DNA of 64,000 nt from Paramecium tetraurelia (Eukaryota). The notes under the pieces were generated by a model that worked only from the letters and a program-made list of their open reading frames with translations, made no database searches and was not told the DNA's origin. Within the stretch, counting starts at the first letter, position 1. Each line of letters begins with the position of its first letter. The stretch spans positions 571,337 to 635,336 of the forward strand of contig CT868429.1 of NCBI GenBank assembly GCA_000165425.1, written 5' to 3'. Positions 56,721 through 64,000 of the stretch are shown piece by piece. A program made the position numbers and the translations under genes.

Positions 56721-57333
56721 TTTCTATTTGAATAAGTTTTGTTAAAAATGATTATTAATTAATACTCTATATACAAATACAATTATAAATTAACGATTAT
56801 GCTCTAATACCTTTGAAAATTGACACAAACTACAAATAGATTCTCATCACTATTATAATAAAACTGATAAATTAATCTTAATTAAATAATCAAAATTATG
56901 CTAATACGAAATATATTATAATTAATTCTTCAATATTAGCATTGTATGAATATTTTTTATAGAAAATCTGCTTTTATACGCATTTGTTTTAATAGTTTTT
57001 AATGAATCTAGGAGTATTCTTAAACATTAAGTTTGTAAACTTTCTTTAAGTATTTTTATCAATATGTTGATCATTTTATTATTATTAAATCTTAATTATC
57101 TTTCTTTAATAGATACGCACTATTAAATAAGTTTATTTTTTTGTTCAACAAGAACCTCCGTTACCAACAATAAATAAATTAGAGAAAAATAATGACTTTT
57201 AGAGATTTTTATTATATATAGATAGTTCATGAAACTAACTTTTCTTAGTTATTTTTCCTTTTTCTCTAAATATCATATATGAGTTAGAAAGAAGTTCATG
57301 ATAATCATTCTTTATTTATTTAAATTATTGTAA

Positions 57334-57696
57334 ATGGAATTCAATTTAGATCTCTATTTAAAAATACCATTTAAAAGCACTCGTTACAACAAAATAGGGT
57401 TTGCGATTCCCATAATTGAATAAAGAAAGGTCAAAGGCAATTTTAGATCTGCCTCTTATAATTCACAAAGGCAAAAACATTGTCATGCTCTCTTATTACC
57501 TAAACTAAATAGTTCTTTTTATTTATTAAAAGAGAATGAAAATGAGTAGAAGCATGGTTCGGTAAAATCAAAATAAGAAAAAATTGACAATTATTTAAAA
57601 AGATTCACGGAACCAGATAATGCTTCTAAATCAAAATTAATGAGAGATCTAGATTATAGGAAGCAAATAACTAAATAGATGAAAACTCAATTATGA
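57334..57696 (+). CDS. Hypothetical basic protein (120 aa, intronless)
   Basis: Uninterrupted ATG to TGA ORF MEFNLDLYLKIPFKSTRYNK...KQITKQMKTQL. Confidence 0.55.
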
Positions 57697-57728
57697 TTAT
57701 ATTTTAATATAATAAAAATATAAATAGA

Positions 57729-58534
57729 ATGGGAAGTTGTTGTTCTCATAGCGAAAGTAGGGAAGGAAACAATTAGGGAGGTCATGATTCATAAAGGATG
57801 CCTAGGGCGATTGCAAGATAACAACCGAATGGGAATGTATTATAGGATGTGAATGAATAATATAAAATATATTTTGATATTTTGGATCAACAATTTAGTG
57901 GTAAGGGTTTGAAGAGAACATTTGCATACAAAAGTCATATAGACATAGCTCAGATCGAAAAGTTGAGGAATATTTTTTGGGGTAAGTTATGAAATATATA
58001 ATTGATTTAAGAAACCAGAGTGGAAGGGAGACAAGAGATTTGGTAGATCTTGAGGTCGATAATAAATGAAGATGAGGGTATTGAGATGAAAGTATATTAG
58101 AAACTGCCCGTTTTCTGGTTCAGGAGGCTGAATTGAAACCAATAAAGGATTCCTTACAACATGTTTATGATAAATTAGGACAAAAATACGATGTACCAAT
58201 ATTTTGCATAAATGATCCAATAGAATTCTCAGCCGAGAAGTTTGAGGATAGAGGTTTAATTTAAAATTCTGGTAATGAAACTGTGAAATTACTGATTCGA
58301 AGTGTGAATTTGAATGGGAAGGATATGGATGTGGAGTGTAAGTAGAGCCAGAGTGTAGTGGATTTGAAGGATGTAGTGAATGTTGAGTTACAGAAGAGGA
58401 ATCAAATTTAGTGTGAATCCATGAAGCTATTTTATAGGGGAAAGGAGATGCAAGATCAGTATCAAGTGGGAAGATACAATTTAATTAATGAAGCTATAGT
58501 AATTGCTCATTTGAAAATATTGCCAAAGATATGA
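57729..58534 (+). CDS. UBTD1/UBTD2 (DC-UbP)-like ubiquitin-domain protein
   Basis: MGSCCS acylation motif; LRNIFWETRVEGRQEIWQILR and VYDKLGQKYDVPIFCINDP (DC-UbP ubiquitin-binding domain); C-terminal Ubl with MKLFYRGKEMQD; two introns. Confidence 0.88.
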
Positions 58535-58568
58535 TTAATAAAATATGATTAATAAATATCATTTATAA

Positions 58569-61500
58569 TCAATAAATCATAATGAGTATTAGAATAATGA
58601 TATCTAAAATTCTATTGCTATCGGGCGAAGGCAGATTGATTTATTCGATTACAACTGGTTTGATATAAGCAACGCATATTTGATTAGTAGTATTCCAAAG
58701 GCATTGATCATCTTGATTGCATTACTATTGATTATAGTTGTATTAACACAAAGGTTGACAAATCTAGAATAATAAATATTTTGTTATTACCTTTGTATTT
58801 GAGTTGAATTTACAATGAGTAACTGGACAATCGTCTTTATTATGGTGTTGACAACTCTTTGAACTGCATTTTTAACTGATCTTGTCATACGTACAAAATT
58901 GAGATTGGTTGAGACAAATGCAAGCATCCTTGATTTCTTAACAAGCAACACAAGAAAAATCGATCATTTGAACGCAAACGTCAGTTCCTATATGAGTTCC
59001 CATACAATCTCCTTATTATGAACCAAGATAGCGACAACCTGTAGAAGTGCATTATTTTTATCCACCAATCGTGGTTAACCAAGCACACTGATAATCTCCT
59101 TATCTCTTACCAATGCAAGTATCAACAACGGTAATTTAAGAGCAATCTAATTGTATTTAACATGTTTCTAAAGTTGAATTCCAATCACATTTATTAACTA
59201 AACATTAAGATTTACCCATATATTCACATGATATTTTTTTACAGTATCCAGCAAAGACACATTCATTAGTGTATAATTCACATTCTGATTTATCCATGAT
59301 TTGATTGCAATCTAAAGTCTAACAAGTATTATTTGATTTGCTTCTGCAAGATTGATTGTTTACTTCATATTGTAAACAACTTAATGAGGCATCAGAGATG
59401 TCTTCGCACTTATTGGCTGCTAAACATTTGGCTTTGGAATTCAAATAACAAACAGTTTGATCAATAGTAGTAGAATTGCATTTGTTGACTTCTACGTCTG
59501 CACAAGTTTTGTTTCTACAAGTTCCATAATTGGTGTTTTTTAAATATTATGTTATATCCTTACTGGATCTTGATTAAGAAACTTCAAAGTAACAGTAATC
59601 TATATTAGCACATTTTGTGTATTCACCAATACTGCTGCAATCCGGAAATTTAGTTTAATAAGAAATGCATTGACAAGAATTACTACTCCAAGAACATTCA
59701 TCAAGCACATTACATCCAAGAGCACTCAAACCATTTGTATAACAATTATCAGTAATAGTGGATGCAACACATCCAAAAGTCAATTCACTATATTTACATC
59801 TATCAATAGCCAATTAACAAATCGATTGATTAGCTTTCTCTGCTTGATTACAAAGTAGATTATAATTTGGATCCCAAGTGATGCATTTTTAGTCTTTAAA
59901 TAAACATCCTTTAATACTGGAACATGCTATTGCATTGATACCTTCAACCTCACAAACATTATATTACACTGTAGGAGTTTCACAGTTTTTCTTTACTTTA
60001 TTATACACACATGGATCATCCTCTACATATGTACAAGCTAATGAATTAATGCTGTATTCGATGTCTACACAAGTGGTATATGGGTAGAATTCCTCACAGT
60101 GATAATATTCAGAATCATCATCTTTAACCCAAGCACAAGGTCCTGTGGTTAGGTTTAAACATGCATATTTATTTAATCCTGGATCTTCACATGTTGCAGT
60201 ATTGAGATTAATTAAGTCACATCCGTCATCAACTGAACCACAAGGAAGTTCAAAATTAAGTTACTTGCATAATTTAGGACCTATGCCATCTCTTTTGCAA
60301 GTAAAGGAAGATTACAGTAATCGATTCTATTGAATTTGTTCTTCAACAAGTAATCTAGTGTTTTTGAATACGCATTTCAAACTGACATCATCCCATAAAC
60401 AAGATTAAGACTTTATTTTGAGACAAGCCAATTTATTTATACCATCAGATAGAGGTTGACAAGTTATCGACTGTAAGTCACTAACCAATTTACAAGTATA
60501 TGATTTTGGATTATACTATACAATATCTCCATTATTAATTAAACTGCAGGCATTGCTGTTCACTAAAATTAGGTCTTTGGGTGAAAATATGGATGATTTG
60601 CTGAATTCAATTTATTAACATTTACCACTCTACCATCTGCATTACTTACCTGTTGTTGATACTGATAAACAGGATAAGTAACTTAAATATTCTTCACATG
60701 ATGAGGTATTAAAATCAGTAAATACATTGCATTCTCCAATTTATAAGTCTGTTTCTTAACTCCATGAAGTCTTTTTAATTTTAATAACTGAGTATTTCCA
60801 ATAGCATTTACTAGATTATTATTAGGTACATGCAACTTTATTGATATTACTTAAACAATTATTGTCAGTTTTTGATTCATTGTAGGTTTCACATTAACCA
60901 CCAATAAACTAACAAGTTTAGCCTAATCTTTCAACAGATAGACAAGCCAACCTATTTCCATAACCTTATTTAATATCTTCACATTCATCTTGATTCTCCT
61001 TCACTTTATATTTACAAATCTAATACAAATTATCCCAAATGCAGGGGATCATATCAATTGATTAACATTGCTAATAAGATTATGCTTAATTGCATGATAC
61101 TGGTTGAATCTATTCACATTTCTTTAATTCAGTATTAAAAACACAAAAAGTGCCCACTTTTGATAAACAAACCTACTTTGATTTAAATTGTATCATTCCA
61201 CACTCCAACTCTTCAGCCACATATGGAACACATGCTGATGTATTAGGATTCCAAGAACATTTTAATTTATCTTAAAATAGACAAGACTCTATTGTGCTTG
61301 CATTCTAACAACATGCATTAGGATCTAAATTGGCTGTCACATCGCAACTAAGAAATGCTGAGTTGGGTCCATAACAATAATCAAGGAATTTGCATTATAA
61401 AGTAGATGTTGTTGATGCCAAACATGCTATTTAATTGATACCTCTGACACATCCAAACACACTTTTATTGTTAGTAGTTTTACATGAATGAGAATCTTGA

Positions 61501-64000
61501 TCATAATAACAACCTACATCTCCTGATTATTCACAAAATATTGGATTATTGATGTTAGTTATATTTTTACAAATTGTGCTCTAAAGTGTTTTAGGATTGG
61601 TAAAAGTACATTTCTAATTTGTAAATATACAATATTGTTAAGATTTAACAATTTTTGCGCATCCATATGAATTGATAGCATTCTCACAGTTAATTGTTGA
61701 ATAATCGGGGATTGGTTTACAAGAGGTATCGCATCCTTCCTTTTATACGTTTTTACAATCTTCAAGATTAGAAGCGGCATCCGAACAAAATAATTTACCT
61801 GTTGCTGATTTTGTAAAACATTTGTTATTATAGAATTAACAAGGGGTAGTATCAGGATTGCAAGCTATTTTATTATATCCCTTATTTTCACACTCAGTGA
61901 TAGCAGTTGTAACTTCAATGCATGCACGATTAGCATTATCATATTAGCAACTTTTAGCAGTATTGTTTATTTCACAAAATCGGCCATTGTTAACATTGAC
62001 AATTTAACTACAACTTTTTGTTACGAATGTTGATAAATCTGCCTCTTCACACGTTGATGTTACCAAATTAAATTAACAATTTGAGAGTGGATTTGTTATT
62101 TTTAAACAACCCCACTTATTAACTGGTTTATTACATGTTAATGAACTAAATTCACTTGTTGGAATTTCAAGACACTCATCCATCCAGTAAACAGCTAAAT
62201 TATTTTCAACGTACATTAAACATGCCTACTTATTAAATGATAATCTATTAGACCAACTATAAAATAAAGAATATTTTGAATCAATTGGATATTCAAATTT
62301 CTTACAAACATTGTTAGTATTATCATAGAAACAAGGAATATCAGTGCTTAGTGAACATGATAATGGATTTGTCTTAAATGTATTCAAACATACTGCTAAA
62401 GTAGTCTAAGGTGTATCAATACAACCTAAATCTGGATCAAATTTACAATATTATCCTTTGGTTCTGATAGAGTAACACTTGTCCTTATTTACTAGACTAG
62501 TGCAATTGACATTTTCATAATTATCTGTGCATTAACCATCTAAATAAATACACATTGATCCTAAAGTATTAAAGATACACCCTTTTTTATTCAAACCAGG
62601 TTGTGAGCAGACTTCAGTTGAACCGTCGACAACATTACATACTTTAGTTTGAGTGTTCCATTTACATGCTTTATCAGTTGCATTCTGTCTTGTTAAACAC
62701 ACTACCTAATTTGTAGTTATTGATGCATCTTACAAATCCTAACACAATGTCGTATCGGGAACAGCTTAACATTAATTATCCTTAAATTGGCATTTTGCAT
62801 TAATCTATATGCAGGCTGCCCAATTAAATGTAGGATCACATGTATTAGCATTAGTAAGCATTTCTCTTGTTACTGAAAGACACTGTTTATTGGTCTAATT
62901 ATATTGACAATTGGCAGTTGTTTTATTTAAACATGCAAATTTATTAATTCCTAATTATGAGCAGTTAGTAATAAATGGTTCTCTATTAGTTGCTTTAACA
63001 CATCTCATCTTTTCAAAACTGTAAACAATGCTTGTAGTTATTTTATTGTCAAAATATGAACATACTTTCATCGAATAGGGAAATTTATCACTATCTTTAA
63101 CGGTTTGATATGTAGATATGTCATATGTTTAACAAGTGTTACTAACAAATTTACAAATAGCATCTTGATTAATACAAGCTTCTACATTTAATTAATCTGA
63201 ACATCCAATTGTAGTAGTCAAATCCTCAACACAAGAAGATGAAGTTGTGTCATATTTGCATTTACCGACTGCCCTATTCACACATGCATATTTATTAAGT
63301 CCAGGAGAATTACACTTCAAAATATCTGCAGAAACAGCTTCTCTGCATCTATATTATTCATCTCTAATACATGCCTTGTCAATTGCTAGCTTAGAACATA
63401 CTAAACTATTAAATGTAACTAGATTTCTATCCTGATTACTAGAATCTATTAGTACAAAGTCATTGCACTAATTGAAATTTGATTCTTTATTAAAGCTGTA
63501 GCAAGCATTGTTTTCAGATGACCAACCACACTATTTTGATACCATATTCAAACAACCATATTAATTTGCAATACTACAGTCTGTATAATCTGTTTCTGAA
63601 GTAACTCCAACGCATTAATTATCAGTCTTTGTATTATCCCATTTGCATCTCTCGAAATTAGATTAAATGCACAATTACTTTAATTTAATATCAGCACATT
63701 TAGAAAGTAAAGGATTAAATGGAGAACAAAGGGAAGTAGAAATATTAACATAGCAGTTTGCAGCAGTTAATTAAGGGCATGTGTATTGGTTATATATACT
63801 GCAATCTTTACTGGTTTCATCCGACAAATTTGAAATCAATGTACATTAATTTGAATCCCATTTGCATAGAAGATTTGGAGTATTGATTAAACAAGCTGAT
63901 TAATTTAGATTTCCATCACATGAAGTAAAAGTTTCAGTCGTTACTACTGAGCATCTATAAGTAACAGGATCATATTTAACCTTAGATCCTGAACAACTAA
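58569..64000 (-). CDS. Large Cys-rich, GPI-anchored surface protein (surface-antigen-like), 5' end outside window
   Basis: Over 5 kb open code-6 frame with periodic Cys units (C..lN..AC.......C.W/F/Y......C). Two short introns near 58765-58790 and 59515-59545. Ends with hydrophobic tail SNRILDIIILILIMIY-TGA. Confidence 0.9.

Overview
Ciliate macronuclear DNA, almost certainly Paramecium. It is very AT-rich, TAA/TAG are read as Gln and TGA is the only stop (translation table 6), introns are about 21-30 nt GT..AG, and intergenic gaps are often under 60 nt. The supplied ORF track uses the wrong code and ignores introns, so all genes were re-read by hand. About 33 protein genes can be supported. 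Clearly recognisable products: Cys-type glutathione peroxidase, ERK7/8-type MAPK, two CAMK-like kinases lacking the Gly-rich loop, VPS4, a TM RING-H2 ligase, an SNF5-like protein, an OHA+LOTUS protein, topoisomerase III beta, a TFIIIC Tfc3/GTF3C1-like subunit, an EF-hand/CaaX kinase, two cyclins, mitochondrial EF-G, RPS10, ribonucleotide reductase large subunit, a multi-domain adenylate-kinase-like protein, an aspartic protease, a UBTD-like protein and a large Cys-rich GPI-anchored surface protein (5' end outside the window). There is one assembly gap (5447-5597). I found no tRNA, rRNA, transposon or CRISPR array, and no demonstrably new multi-gene system. Best leads: a catalytically dead otubain fused to a long coiled coil; an A-box/B-box pair inside the TFIIIC-like gene; a LOTUS/OHA candidate small-RNA factor; two in-frame TGAs in Cys-TGA and Cys-x-x-TGA context; and repeated single-base frame breaks in otherwise intact genes, including RNR1. 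Coordinates are from manual reading, and some starts and ends are approximate as noted.
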